A stretch of 64,000 nucleotides of DNA. Source: Amoebophrya sp. A120. Its lineage: Eukaryota; Protista; Dinoflagellata. Below the pieces are notes generated by a model. The model ran no database searches and was not told the DNA's origin. It saw only the letters and a list, made by a program, of their open reading frames with translations. The stretch covers positions 7,199,794-7,263,793 of the forward strand of contig CAJINV010000001.1 of NCBI GenBank assembly GCA_905178155.1, in the 5' to 3' direction. Position numbers and translations under genes: made by a program. Of the stretch, positions 13,367 through 24,815 are shown one piece after another (the first letter of the stretch is position 1; each line of letters opens with the position of its first letter).

Positions 13367-16300
13367 ATGAAATGGACACTGGCCGTGACAGCGCGGAGGT
13401 TCTTGGCCACCGCGGCGGCTACTTGCACCGCGTTCACCATTATCAAGCCACCTGTAACCGTCCCGCCGGCAGCGGTGCAGCGGAGGCCGGCCCTCGAGAT
13501 GAAGCCAGGGGAACTCCAGGCGATTCGCGTACAACACAGGCAAGAACCGCAAGCGGACGACGCGGGCACAGCTGCAGGAGGAGACAATGCAGCCCCAAAA
13601 GCAGCAGCAGAGACAAGTTCAGCTGCGGATGGTGTTGAACCCGCAAGTGCAGCAGCAGGAGAAGGAGCGGAACAGACCACGACCGCACAAGAAGACCCAG
13701 GTTCAGCGTCTTCGGCTGCTTCAGCATCTTCTGCTGGAATTCCCAGTGCGGCCGAGGGTGCGGCTGCCGCCGCAGCTGACCAGCTCGTCCCGGAGGGAGG
13801 TCTTGTTCCGGGTATCAAAGATTTAGACATGGCGAAAGACCCAGAGTCCTCCGCCGGCGGGGAAGCGACAGATGACAGCGACGGTGGCACGAAAGCAGAG
13901 GAAGCAGCTGATACTATCGAGGATAGTACCTCCAGCGGTACAACAAACAGCACGGCTGCGGAGCCAGTCGAGGACGAAGTGCTGCCACCGACTCCACACC
14001 CCACCCCAGCGGAGGAAGAGGTTGCAACCGACGCGATCCCTGGCGCAGGGGGGGAAGCTGCGGACACAACAACTTCCAGTGAGGGGGCCACGACAGGCGT
14101 GCCCGGGGAGGAAGGAGCGGACAATGGTACAACTCAGACGACCCCCACTGATTCATCCACCAGCACATCGTCCGGGGATTCGTCTGTCGGTACTGGTACT
14201 GCCTCTGCCGGTACAACGACAGGAGAAACAGCTGCCGGGGGTGCTTCAGCGTCGTCTTCAGCAGAAGAAGTAACCCCTGCGTCCTCTGCCTCTGCTGCCG
14301 CTCCGTCGGGAAGTTCGCAGCCCATGCCGATCGGCAAAACACCCAGCTGTGACGTGTTCAAGGGCGTCCCGGTGGGGACGGGTCCAGCGAACGACCGGTT
14401 CGTGGATCCGGTGACGCACTACTCAAATAGGTTTGGAGCGTACCTGTTTCCCTACAAGGAGCGCGTTCACGCCGACTATTACCCGGTCTATCGCTGCTGT
14501 CCGCAGCTGTACACGAATAAAGGGGTGGCGCATCGGGTATGACGGGAATCGTTCATTTTTTCCTCACCGAAATACTCAATGTTGCACGTCTACAGTAGAA
14601 GCAGATGCTCGCCTGGTTTGTCGGAAATAAAAATCCTTTTAGGAAGTTGCACGCTCTTTTTGGAGCGCTTGGTGCTTGTAACTTTGTACTGAAAGAACAC
14701 ACTATTAAGACAAACTCTTGCTCATCATCGTCTTCGAGGTGAATTGCGGGGGCCCAGACTGCACGCCATTCTACGGCTGCGCCTGGGATGCCTGCCCCGC
14801 GGACCCAGCACACGCGATCCCAGAGGGGCGGTGCGCGCCGGAAAACGCAGAGCGGCGTGTGTGCGGGCAGTACCCCCCGCCGTGCGTGATAACGAGTTGG
14901 CCGCCGCCCGGGCGGTGTGGAGCGTTTTTCTCGGACCAAAGCTGCGCTGCGTTCTTGCACCACAATAACGCGAAGCTCCGGGTGGACGCTGCCGACGTGT
15001 CGTGCGCCGGCGGTGCTTGTACGTTTGAGGACGCCGCGACTTGTTGTGAAGCTCCGTGCCCCCCGGGGCACTTTGGAGACAAGTGCGCACCCTGCGAACG
15101 CGGAACCTTCAGTCGTGACGGCGGGCCCGCGTGCACGCCGTGTCCAGAGGGTAGCAGCACGCTTGCAATCGGCGCAGGCAGCGAGGCGGAGTGCGACGGT
15201 ATAGGAATTTTTACATGTGCGTATTTTTGTACGTTCAGAGGCATTTCATCTTCTGAATCTTCGCCGATAAACCTTCCCTCGCTGCTTCCACTCATGACCT
15301 CATTGTCTCGCATACTCTCCTTCAGTCTGTGCGGCCGGCTACGGTCTCGCCCCGGGGGAGCGCCGTCACTGCACACGGTGCGAGCCGGGCACGTACAGTG
15401 TTGGCGGAACCGCGCAGGAATGTCACGTGTGCCCGAGAAATTTTGTCACGAAGAAGAGCGGAGCGACGAGTGCCGACGAATGCACTGTTTGCGCGCCTGG
15501 GTTCGGGGGCGACGACTGCAGTCCCTGCCCGATCGGGACCTACAACTCCGGAACAGGTGCAGAGTGCAAGCCTTGCCCAAAGCGCTTCTCCACGCCGCAT
15601 TCGGGGGCGACCGACCTGTCGCAGTGCACCGCGTGCGCCCCGGGCCACTTCGGGGCCGACTGCGCGCCCTGCGAACTGGGAACCTTCAGTCGTGGAGGAG
15701 TGGTACCGAGGTGCCAACCGTGCCGTACCGGATTCTCTACCAAGAAAACCGGGTCTGTGGAGTGCGACAGTACTTACTTAACAAAATATTATTGCGTTTT
15801 TTTCCGCATGAGTATGAAATGATTTTCAGCTTCAGCAAGTCCAGTTTTGTTTCGTTTCCGTGCTGTTGTCAGTACGCGGTTCGTAGGAAGGTCGTTCCAA
15901 CCTTGCAGTTTCTGACTGTGCATGTCGAACAAGTAGAAGCTGATGAATGAAACATTTTTTCAACAGTTTGCACCAAGGGCCGCGGCGGTACTGAGTGCAC
16001 TTATTGCGAAGCTGGGACCTACAGCGATCTCCAGAAGTGCGTTGCCTGCCCCGACGGGTTTACGTCTATGCGTGGGTCGACGGCAAAGGAGTTTTGCCTC
16101 AGTACAAAAAGATAATATGTCTTGACGAGTTGTTTATTTCTTTTTCCCATTTTTCTATTCCGCTTGGATCTGGATGTGCTCGATACGTTTCTTTTCTGAT
16201 TACGATGGAAGAATTCGACGCACAGACCCTACAGGCAGAGATTTTGTTTTTGACAAATTGAAACAGGAAGCTGCGGAGCGTCGAAAGACTGCGCAGAGAA

Positions 16301-18563
16301 GGAAAGCGAGAGCTCGTTTTGCTGGAGTGGCACTTGCCACGACACGAAGGACCACGCGGAGTGCCAGCTCGACGACGTACTGTGCCACCCGACTGTCGAG
16401 GGCAATCTGTGGAAGGGATCTGACCTGTATTCGAACGAGCATTTCTACTGCCCGCGCTTCGACTGCGGTGGGTACCACGCGGCGCCCAAAGCTCCTTTTT
16501 CGCAGGGCACCAGTCCCATGTTGATACGCCGGAACAAGGAAGAGAACTACACTCCTAGCGACCATAGCACTGTCGCTCATCAAACTGCTGCTGCGGAGAC
16601 TGTCGAAGGAGCTGCTGCCCTGCCGGCGATACATCGAACGCACAATATCGAAGAACCCGTAGCTGCAGCTGATGTTTTTACTGCGGAGAGGAGTAAAGGT
16701 CCACCAGTCCCGGTAGACACAACTCGCGGTGCAGGCGCGCAACCCGGAAGAGAAGATTCCCCTCGCCACATCGGCCTCGAGCCTCTTCCGACCGAGGTGC
16801 CGCCCATTCCCGCTGCGTTTCAGGCAAAGCAAGAAGGCGAAGGAACGAATTTGGTGCCGCCTACGACGAGGACCGCACGTGCTGGGATTTCAGACTCCGG
16901 AGACGAGCAGAATGCAATAGAGCAAACACTTCCCGCAGTGAAACTAGAAGAAGCTGGTGGAAAGGTATCAACAAGAAAAGCCCAGGAAGCAGCGAACGCA
17001 CAGCAACTCGCTAGCAAAAGTGAAAAACTGAAGACACGAAAATCTTCACTAGGAGCAGAACAAACTCCTGGGCCGCATCCACAAAAGAAGGTTCTACATC
17101 AGACAAAGACTGAAGGAAGCGCCAAAGATGTCGCACAGGACAAATCTCCACTATCCTTTCAAGCGGAAAACCAGCGGAACAGAAATGAAAAGCCGAGTTT
17201 CACGGACACGATCAAAAATGAGGAAACGCTTGTTCCGCGACGGGCAACAGAAGAAAAAAAGACAGCAGTGGGAACTCCTCCGCCCCCTCAGTCGAAAGAC
17301 CCAATTGCACCTTCACACCGGTCTCTTCATTTGGAGGTCTTGACGACCGAGAGAACGAACACGGCAGTTACACAAGATGAAGCAGAAAAACAGAAACACA
17401 AACTCGACGGAAAAAGACCACCAATCGACACCAGCCGAGCAGAAGCAAAGAGTCTCAGTGCAGTGAAAACGGCTGGAGAACAATTGCCAGCGGCACATGA
17501 TGAAAGCAATAGCGAGGAGACGTCGAACCAAGAAGGCGAAAAGGTAAGTCGTCCGCTGAAGGTTTCTGTGAACTTCCCGCGATTGTCGAACGAACCGAAA
17601 AAAGCAATGGACTTCGCTGCTCCCAGGCCTGAGACGAAAGCACAACGCAGCGAAGAACACCACGAGCAGGCGGAGCATGATGCTGGAGCCACTGATGTAG
17701 TTGATATGATGGCACGTGAGAAAGAACATCACATGCAAGAGCAGCAAAGATCCGACACGGAACCGATTTCGTTCCCTGGTTTTGACGACACCACGTCATC
17801 ATCTGCAAATAGAGCTGCGTCCGACGACAGCGAAGAAGAAGAGGAGAGCTCGGAAAACTTTTCTGACGAGGAAGCGACGAGCGGAAATTTTGACGGCGCG
17901 ACTCCCAAACTGGTTGGCGGCTCCGACGGTCCTGGCAGGAGGGACGAAAAAGAAAACTCCGGATCCGGAGAAGAAGAGCAGTCGGAAGAACGGACCGCGT
18001 CTGGTGAAGACCAAGATGAAGATGCTAGTACACCTCCAGGTGCGTCTGCTAGTCCGTCCGCGCTTGCACAAAGTCGCAAAGAGACTTCTGCTGCAATCGA
18101 GAATAGATCGTCGAGCCACGTAGTTGCACCGCAGCCAATTGAGACACATGCTCCTGATGGGAATTCGGTGAGAAGAGCGCCGCCATCTGGGAGCAGGGAA
18201 AAAGAAGCCAAGTCTGTGAACTTCGAAATCGCGACAACGAAAACGAGAAGCAGTCGTCCGAGCACAGCGAGGAAGACGACCACGACAAAAGGTCTGTCGC
18301 CCAGTGAGCAAGTAGCTGAACGCCTTTCCAAGAAAGTGCTCACCAAGATCCTGTTCCAAGAAAACAACAGCGACGAAAATAAGCTGCTGGTGGAAAAGCG
18401 CAGGACAAGCAGAACAAAATCAGAAAGCCGCGGAGGAAAAGAAGATCACCGTGTTGCGCCAGAAGCACAACGAAAAGAACACCGCAGTACTGGCGTTTTT
18501 TCTCCTTCACAAACACCGCAACGGCAGAAATCCCCTGGGGAGAGGACATCAACACACAACTAG
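13367..18563 (+). CDS. Secreted/surface Cys-rich protein with GCC2/GCC3 (ephrin-receptor-like) repeats, flanked by mucin-like and charged disordered regions
   Basis: Possible N-terminal signal MKWTLAVTARRFLATAAATCTAF, then an S/T/A/E-rich stalk and repeats such as CAPCERGTFSRDGGPACTPCPEGSST and CSPCPIGTYNSGTGAECKPCP. Four GT-AG introns link the pieces in frame to ORF 16518-18563. Confidence 0.75.
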
Positions 18564-19133
18564 ATCGCCTGCAAGTTTAAGCCTGCGACTATAGCTGCGT
18601 GAAACCAAAATCCTGAGAATACACAAAAGCAGTCGGGCGTGAAGGTGTGCGACTGTTTCCCCCACAAGGTCAGACCGAGAATAAAGCAGAAAATCAAAGA
18701 AAGTGGCGTGATCTGGCATCACGAGCAGGAACAACTCTGACAAGGTTGCTGAGAACAAAGATAAGTGCAGCTAAAAATACGATGCAAGCTGTTTTCCTTT
18801 TCCTCGATGAGATCAGCTGGGATTTGATGTTATAGAACTCTCACTTCGATCGAGAGTCACAAGCTTCCACGGTGGATCAGCCTACGTAGAGTAGATGGAT
18901 ATGGATCAATGCATTTCGTTATTCTAGATCTAGTCACTTTTTTTCATGCTTCCAGACCGCGATGTTGTTCCTGATCTTACCAGAGATCTGTAATGGCAGA
19001 CGTTTTTGTCACTTTTGGTAACTTCGCCACGAAGTAGACAGCGATCTAGTAGATCAGCCCCGTCTTTGATTTCCATTCCCGTTTATAAGTGTAGAGCCAC
19101 ATACAATCAGACTAAAGAAAATCTTCTAGTATC

Positions 19134-19967
19134 ATGGCAGACGCCGGCGGAGAGATGGAAGTTCTGGTCCAGAACCTGCAGATGATGGGATTTTCTGCCG
19201 AGCTGTCCCAGGCTGCGGCCCTTCTGTGTGGCAGTACCGACGTCGAGCGCGCTTTGGACTTGATCGAGACCATATCAAATGTAAAAATGTCTGGGTCTGG
19301 AAACTTGTGATGCAAGTCAGGGAAAAATGCGCATACTGTAATGCACTGCCAAGCATGACAAGTTTTTCCGTGGTTCAGAGTTGCGTACTCCGCATGAGAA
19401 GCTGCGTTTTTGCATGACATGCAAGAGAAGCCTTTTGCGGCCACGCAATACAGAGCTCAGAGTCATGCCGGACTAGCATGAGAAATCCCGGAATCTTCCA
19501 GACCCAGACATTTTTACATTTGATAGACCACGCCCGCGGAGGCGTTGATCGCCCAGGCCAAGTTCAATCTGGCAGGAGCTGATAACGACGAGGACGAGGA
19601 CGATGACGGACCCGAATACAAGGCCGTTTTCGTGGTGCGCAAAGACTTGCAGATGTCCCCTGGCAAAGTCGCGGCCCAGGTAGCGCACGCCGTCCTGGCA
19701 CTAGTGCACCGTAATCCCGCGCAAAACCAGCAGCAAGTCCAGGCGTGGCAGATCACCGGTGAGAAGATCGTCGTGTGCGAATGTGCGGACGAGCAGGCAT
19801 TCGCAGAGCTCAAACGAAAGGCCCAGGAATGCAATGTCCTGTACGCATCTTGTGTTGACGCGGGGCGAACGGAGGTGGCACCGGAGTCAGAGACCGTAGT
19901 CGGGTTTGGCCCGGCCCCGGAGGAGATAGTAAACCAGGTCACCGGCAGACTCGCATTGCTGAAGTAG
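19134..19967 (+). CDS. PTH2: Peptidyl-tRNA hydrolase 2 with N-terminal UBA domain
   Basis: Exon 1 reads MADAGGEMEVLVQNLQMMGFSAELSQAAALLCGSTDVERALDLIET (UBA). Exon 2 has YKAVFVVRKDLQMSPGKVAAQVAHA ... DAGRTEVAPESETVVGFGP (PTH2). The two join only after excising 19273-19530. Confidence 0.9.
19273..19525. mobile_element. Introner-like TIR element, family A (253 bp)
   Basis: TIRs TATCAAATGTAAAAATGTCTGGGTCTGGAA ... TTCCAGACCCAGACATTTTTACATTTGATA (perfect 30 bp). TSD GACCA at 19268-19272 and 19526-19530. Contains an in-frame stop. Confidence 0.95.
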
Positions 19968-20592
19968 TGGCCCTTATTTTTGCAGAAATCTTGACTCCGC
20001 GGATAACGACATAGCACGCTACGAGGAACAGTACATAGCAAATTGTGTAGAGGCAACTACCTACGACATCAAGAAGCGTGTTCAGTTTGAAAAAATCGGA
20101 GTGACTGTCTTCTCCGAGCCGAGCGCCACTCTAGATCAAAAGTGAAAATGAAATACAATAAGCTCGCGATCAATACAAGAGGCATGATCACCAGGTCGGA
20201 TCCAAGCGACAAAAGAAATTTTGGATGTTGACTAGAACACTTTCTAGAACCAAACCGAAAATCAGAAACACGTCTATCAATTTTCCTTGCAGGCACCCAT
20301 TGACTTGTTGTTGTTTTCCTTAGGTTGTATTCTGTATCCCTATACGACGTAGTCATTTTCATTTCCCTTTCCCTCGCTCGCATGGATTTCTTTGAAACAT
20401 GACTCGACTGTATTTGGGCGCAGAGAACAAAATTATGGAGCTTTGCGTGAAGATCATTTCGCGAACACGAACATGTTAAACCGCCCACACGACTGCGTCT
20501 TAGTAGCGACTCAGCTGTAAAAATTTACCGAGCTTGTGGTTGCGGTTGTGCGAACAAATACGAACACCCAACGTGGAGGATAAGCCTACGCC

Positions 20593-23500
20593 ATGCAGGG
20601 TTCGTCTTTCAGCACCGCCGGTGCGCAACGCGGCCCTGCGGAGAGTATCGCCGAGCTTCAGCGGTATCCGGACCAGATTCGAAACGTGTGCCTGATTGCG
20701 CATGTGGATCATGGGAAGACGAGTCTGTGCGACAGCTTGGTGGCGACAAACGGATGGATCTCTCGAAAAGTTGCTGGGTCCCTTCGTTTTTTGGACTCGC
20801 GAGAAGACGAACAGGCACGCATGATCACGATGAAGTCGTCGGCCATATCTCTCTGCTACAAGTATCAGGCGCTCAGCACTGAAACAACTACTTCTACCCC
20901 AGGCTCTAGCTCTTCTACACCCAGGAATAATGCAGGGCCACCAGCAAAACCAAAAGCGGAAGACAACAAAGGTAATTCTCCTTCTGCACCCTCGGCGGAG
21001 GGAACATCAACTACTGCACCAGGAATAAAGAACAAGACCGAAGACGGCAAGCAGAAGTTTTTGATCAATGTCGTGGACTCGCCCGGCCACGTGGATTTTA
21101 CCTCCGAGGTCTCCACCGCCACGCGGCTCGCGGACGGTGCCATCGTACTGGTGGACGTGGTGGAGGGGATGAGCTCGCAAACGAGGGAGGTGTTGCGACA
21201 GGCGTGGCGGGACCAGCTGCGAACCATCCTCGTCCTGAACAAGATGGACCGTCTCTTCATCAACCTGAAGCTCAGTGCGGACGAGGCCTACCTGCACGTG
21301 ATGAAGGTGATCCAGCAGGTGAACGCGGCCGCCGCGGAATTACTGATGGCGGACGTTCTCTCGAAGCACGATACTTCAGCGCAAACTTCCTCATCAAAAC
21401 AAACTACACCAGCGGAAATAAAATCTTCGCAGCAGGAAAATGAACACGACCAGACAAGCTCGTCGCTCGACGCAGCTGCGCAGCATGCGCTCGACTTCGA
21501 CGAGGAATTGGAGCAACGGTGGACCTACCACCCAGCGAAAGGCAATGTCCTGTTCACCAGCGCCATGCACGGGTGGGGGTTTTCCATCCAGAAGTTCGCG
21601 CATTTCATGAGCCGCCGCATGGGGTGCAGCGCCAACGTGCTGCAGAAGACGTTGTGGGGCGACTTTTGGTACCACCCCAAGGAACGCAAAGTGATGCGCC
21701 GCAAGCCCACGGACGGGCCGGAGAAGCGCGTCATGTTTGCCCAGATGTGCCTCGACACCATCTTCCGCTTCTACCAAGCCACCGGCACTTTTGACAATAG
21801 CGACAACGCTGCCGTGTCAGGAGCCGGCGCCTCGCAACAACAGTCTACGAAAGACAAGAACCTACCGGGGAGCGTGGATCTGCCTTTGCTGGAAAAGTTG
21901 TGTCGCCCAGTGCCGGAGCTCGCGCACGTGGATCTCACAAAATTACGGTCGGGTTGTGTCCGCGAATTGCTGGGAACTTGGTTGCCGCTAGGCGACTGCG
22001 TGCTGCGCGCTGCCGTGGAGTGTCTGCCTGGTCCACGGGAAGCTGCGAAATACCGCATCCCCTTCCTTTTGGAATATCCCTTGCCAGCCGGTCTGGACCG
22101 CGACGGAGGTGTTGCGACTTTGCGTGGTGGTGGTACTTCTAAAGTATCCGGAACTAGGGCGGCGGCGTCCTACCTTTCCAGTGCTGTCAGCACGCTGGCA
22201 AACAAGGTGGGAATTACGACAAGCGCAAACGCAGAAGTTGATTCCGCGACCGGTGCGGCGCTGGCAGCCGCGCTCCTCCATTGTGATGACGACCATGGTA
22301 GCGGCATCAGTACAGAAGTATCATCCACCACGACTGCGGTGGAAAAAAATGTGCCCGCAGTTGCGTACGTTACGAAGTACCTCGGTGCCGATTTGTCCCG
22401 GGGAGTTTTGCTCGGCGACCGTCTTGTCCACGGAAACGAAGAGTCCGATTTTGTGGGGATGTGCCGCGTGTTTGCCGGCTGTTTGAAACCGGGCATGCTG
22501 ATGATGCAGGCCACGCGGCGTAGTGTCCGCGGGACGAGTAGTAGTGGCAACACCAAAGCACGCAACGTCGACCATCAGCAGGGACTGATTGCAACACCAC
22601 CAGAGCCCACGTCAACAAGTGCGACGAGTTGCATCGCGGCTACCGACAAAGGTACAACTAAACACGCCGATGCTCCTGCGGCTTTGTCGTCGGAGTGGAA
22701 GCAGGACCGGGTGGATGCCCAAGCGAAAATTCCACAGATGGCCACCGTCTCGGGTATGACCAGTCCTTTGGAAATTGTGTCTCCGTCGTCCCGCGGAAGT
22801 CCGGCCGTGCTCGCCACCCCGCCGGACGACTGGGTTGTGGTCCCCGAGAACAAGGACCCGGATGAGCAAGATGTTGGTGTTGATCGCGCCGGCGGCAGCT
22901 CCGCCGACTCCGCCGGTTCGGAGGAGAACAACAGTACCTCGGTGCTGCTGCGCGATTGGACCACACTGAAAGTGGCGAAGGTGTACATTCTGATGGGCTC
23001 CTCCCTGATGCCGTGCGAACAAGCGCCCGCGGGCTCCGTGGTTGCCATCAGCTTCGAGAACTCGCGCACCGCGATCCATCGGACCGACCGCTACTTGACA
23101 CTCGTGCAGCTGACGGAGGACACCCGAACCCGGATGCGGAAATTCAACCACGTTCTGCAGCAACACAATCTGGCCACGAGCAGTGATGGAGCTGCGAAGA
23201 AGCAGGCAAATCAGAAGCTGGAGCTGAACGGCGCGAACTGGCTGCCGATCTTCAAGAGTCCATACGCCGCCCGCTCGTTTGCGATTGTGAAAGTTTCCGT
23301 GGAAACCAAGCTGCTGGAGTACCGCGGTTTTTTGGAGCGGGGTCTGGCCCTGTTGCACCGTTCTGACCCTAGCCTGGACGTGGCGACCCGGGCCTCCGGC
23401 GAGAACGTGATTGGGTGTTGCGGCGACGAGCACCTTCGGCGGTGTCTGAAGGATCTGCAGCAGTTGTACCTGCCGCCGCACGTGGCGATTTCGGTCAGCG

Positions 23501-24570
23501 AGCCGCTTGTCGCGCTCCGGGAAACCATTACCGCGCCGAAGCCGGGTTTTGGCTCGGACCTGCTCACGCTGCCCTGGCAGAAAGCCTCCAGCCGGCCCGG
23601 GGCCGCCGGAGCGGGAGATGGAGCGACTGCAAGCAGCGGGTCCTCGTCCGCGAGCGCCTCTTCTTACCCTGTGATCAAGCACGTCAAGGATCTGCTCTCC
23701 TTCCGCATGCGCGCGGAAAAGCTGCCCCCGCCTGTCGATGCGAGTGACGGCACGGCCGCCCAGGAGGACGAGACGGAGGCCCAGTTCCGGGAGCGCGTCG
23801 GCGCCTTCTTGCCGCATCTGCTCGCAGTGCGGGCGAGCAAGGGTGCCCGCACCGCGCTCAGTTGCGAGGCGGCCCTGGGCGAGGACGATGGCTGGATCAC
23901 CGGGGCTTTAATCACCGGGTTTGAGATCGCGTCCGTCCGGGGGCCGCTCTGCGACGAACCCGTTGTCGACGTCCACTTCATCGTCGAAAGCATCGAGAAG
24001 AAACCGTCCAAAGACCAGGCTTCAACATCTACTTCTTCGCAGTCGATATCACGCCACCAACTGGGAGGACACATGATCTCTGCCGTGCGGGATGCGTGCA
24101 TGGACGCGATGCTGCGACGCTCCACGGCGCGCATTGCGGAGCCGGTTTTGCTGCTGGACTTGCAGTGCGAAGGCTCGTCGATGGGCAAGGTGTACGGTGT
24201 GCTGGGCAAGCGCCGCTGCCAGACCCTGGAGGAGGGCTTCCGCGAGGGGACGTCCGTCTTTCTGTTGAAAATCAAGCTGCCGATGGTGGAAAGCTTTAAC
24301 CTGAGCAACGAAATCCGGCATGTGGCCTCTGGGGAGGTGCACTACCATGCGCGGTTTTTTGGCTTTGAAATGATAGAGGAAGACCCTTTCGCCGAGCAGG
24401 CGCGCACTCAGGAGGACGTGGAAATCGAAGGGGACAACTTATCGGAGGCGGCGACGCAAAACATACCGCGGAAAATTCTCACCTCGGTTCGCAGGCGCAA
24501 AGGCCTTGCGATTGATGAGCGAGTGGTCAAAGACGGCACAAAACAACGCAACCTGACGAAAATGAAATGA
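20593..24570 (+). CDS. EFL1: Elongation factor-like GTPase 1 (Ria1), 60S maturation factor; single ORF
   Basis: IRNVCLIAHVDHGKT, RFLDSREDEQARMITMKSS, DSPGHVDF, NKMD, and C-terminal VRRRKGL...VVKDGTKQRNL typical of EFL1 rather than eEF2. Confidence 0.92.
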   Translation: MQGSSFSTAGAQRGPAESIAELQRYPDQIRNVCLIAHVDHGKTSLCDSLVATNGWISRKVAGSLRFLDSREDEQARMITMKSSAISLCYKYQALSTETTTSTPGSSSSTPRNNAGPPAKPKAEDNKGNSPSAPSAEGTSTTAPGIKNKTEDGKQKFLINVVDSPGHVDFTSEVSTATRLADGAIVLVDVVEGMSSQTREVLRQAWRDQLRTILVLNKMDRLFINLKLSADEAYLHVMKVIQQVNAAAAELLMADVLSKHDTSAQTSSSKQTTPAEIKSSQQENEHDQTSSSLDAAAQHALDFDEELEQRWTYHPAKGNVLFTSAMHGWGFSIQKFAHFMSRRMGCSANVLQKTLWGDFWYHPKERKVMRRKPTDGPEKRVMFAQMCLDTIFRFYQATGTFDNSDNAAVSGAGASQQQSTKDKNLPGSVDLPLLEKLCRPVPELAHVDLTKLRSGCVRELLGTWLPLGDCVLRAAVECLPGPREAAKYRIPFLLEYPLPAGLDRDGGVATLRGGGTSKVSGTRAAASYLSSAVSTLANKVGITTSANAEVDSATGAALAAALLHCDDDHGSGISTEVSSTTTAVEKNVPAVAYVTKYLGADLSRGVLLGDRLVHGNEESDFVGMCRVFAGCLKPGMLMMQATRRSVRGTSSSGNTKARNVDHQQGLIATPPEPTSTSATSCIAATDKGTTKHADAPAALSSEWKQDRVDAQAKIPQMATVSGMTSPLEIVSPSSRGSPAVLATPPDDWVVVPENKDPDEQDVGVDRAGGSSADSAGSEENNSTSVLLRDWTTLKVAKVYILMGSSLMPCEQAPAGSVVAISFENSRTAIHRTDRYLTLVQLTEDTRTRMRKFNHVLQQHNLATSSDGAAKKQANQKLELNGANWLPIFKSPYAARSFAIVKVSVETKLLEYRGFLERGLALLHRSDPSLDVATRASGENVIGCCGDEHLRRCLKDLQQLYLPPHVAISVSEPLVALRETITAPKPGFGSDLLTLPWQKASSRPGAAGAGDGATASSGSSSASASSYPVIKHVKDLLSFRMRAEKLPPPVDASDGTAAQEDETEAQFRERVGAFLPHLLAVRASKGARTALSCEAALGEDDGWITGALITGFEIASVRGPLCDEPVVDVHFIVESIEKKPSKDQASTSTSSQSISRHQLGGHMISAVRDACMDAMLRRSTARIAEPVLLLDLQCEGSSMGKVYGVLGKRRCQTLEEGFREGTSVFLLKIKLPMVESFNLSNEIRHVASGEVHYHARFFGFEMIEEDPFAEQARTQEDVEIEGDNLSEAATQNIPRKILTSVRRRKGLAIDERVVKDGTKQRNLTKMK

Positions 24571-24815
24571 TGTCAGAGGACTTGAATCTTCGACTTCTTG
24601 CACAAATAATACCGAGATCAAGAACACATCGACGAATGATGACTTTCATCTTGTTCAAAGAAACATACGCGACAATTTCAAAAAACTCTCTGAGAAACAA
24701 CTACAACGCCGATTTCACAAACAGAAGAAAATCTTTTGTTCTTCTACGCGAATTGTAGACCACGCTGACCCTGATATCCATCCAATGATCGATGCGTTGC
24801 AACAGGTCCACCGGC

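Noticed and set aside
20609-24348. Long antisense ORFs over EFL1 and other genes
   Set aside because: Shadow ORFs caused by GC-rich codon usage on the coding strand.
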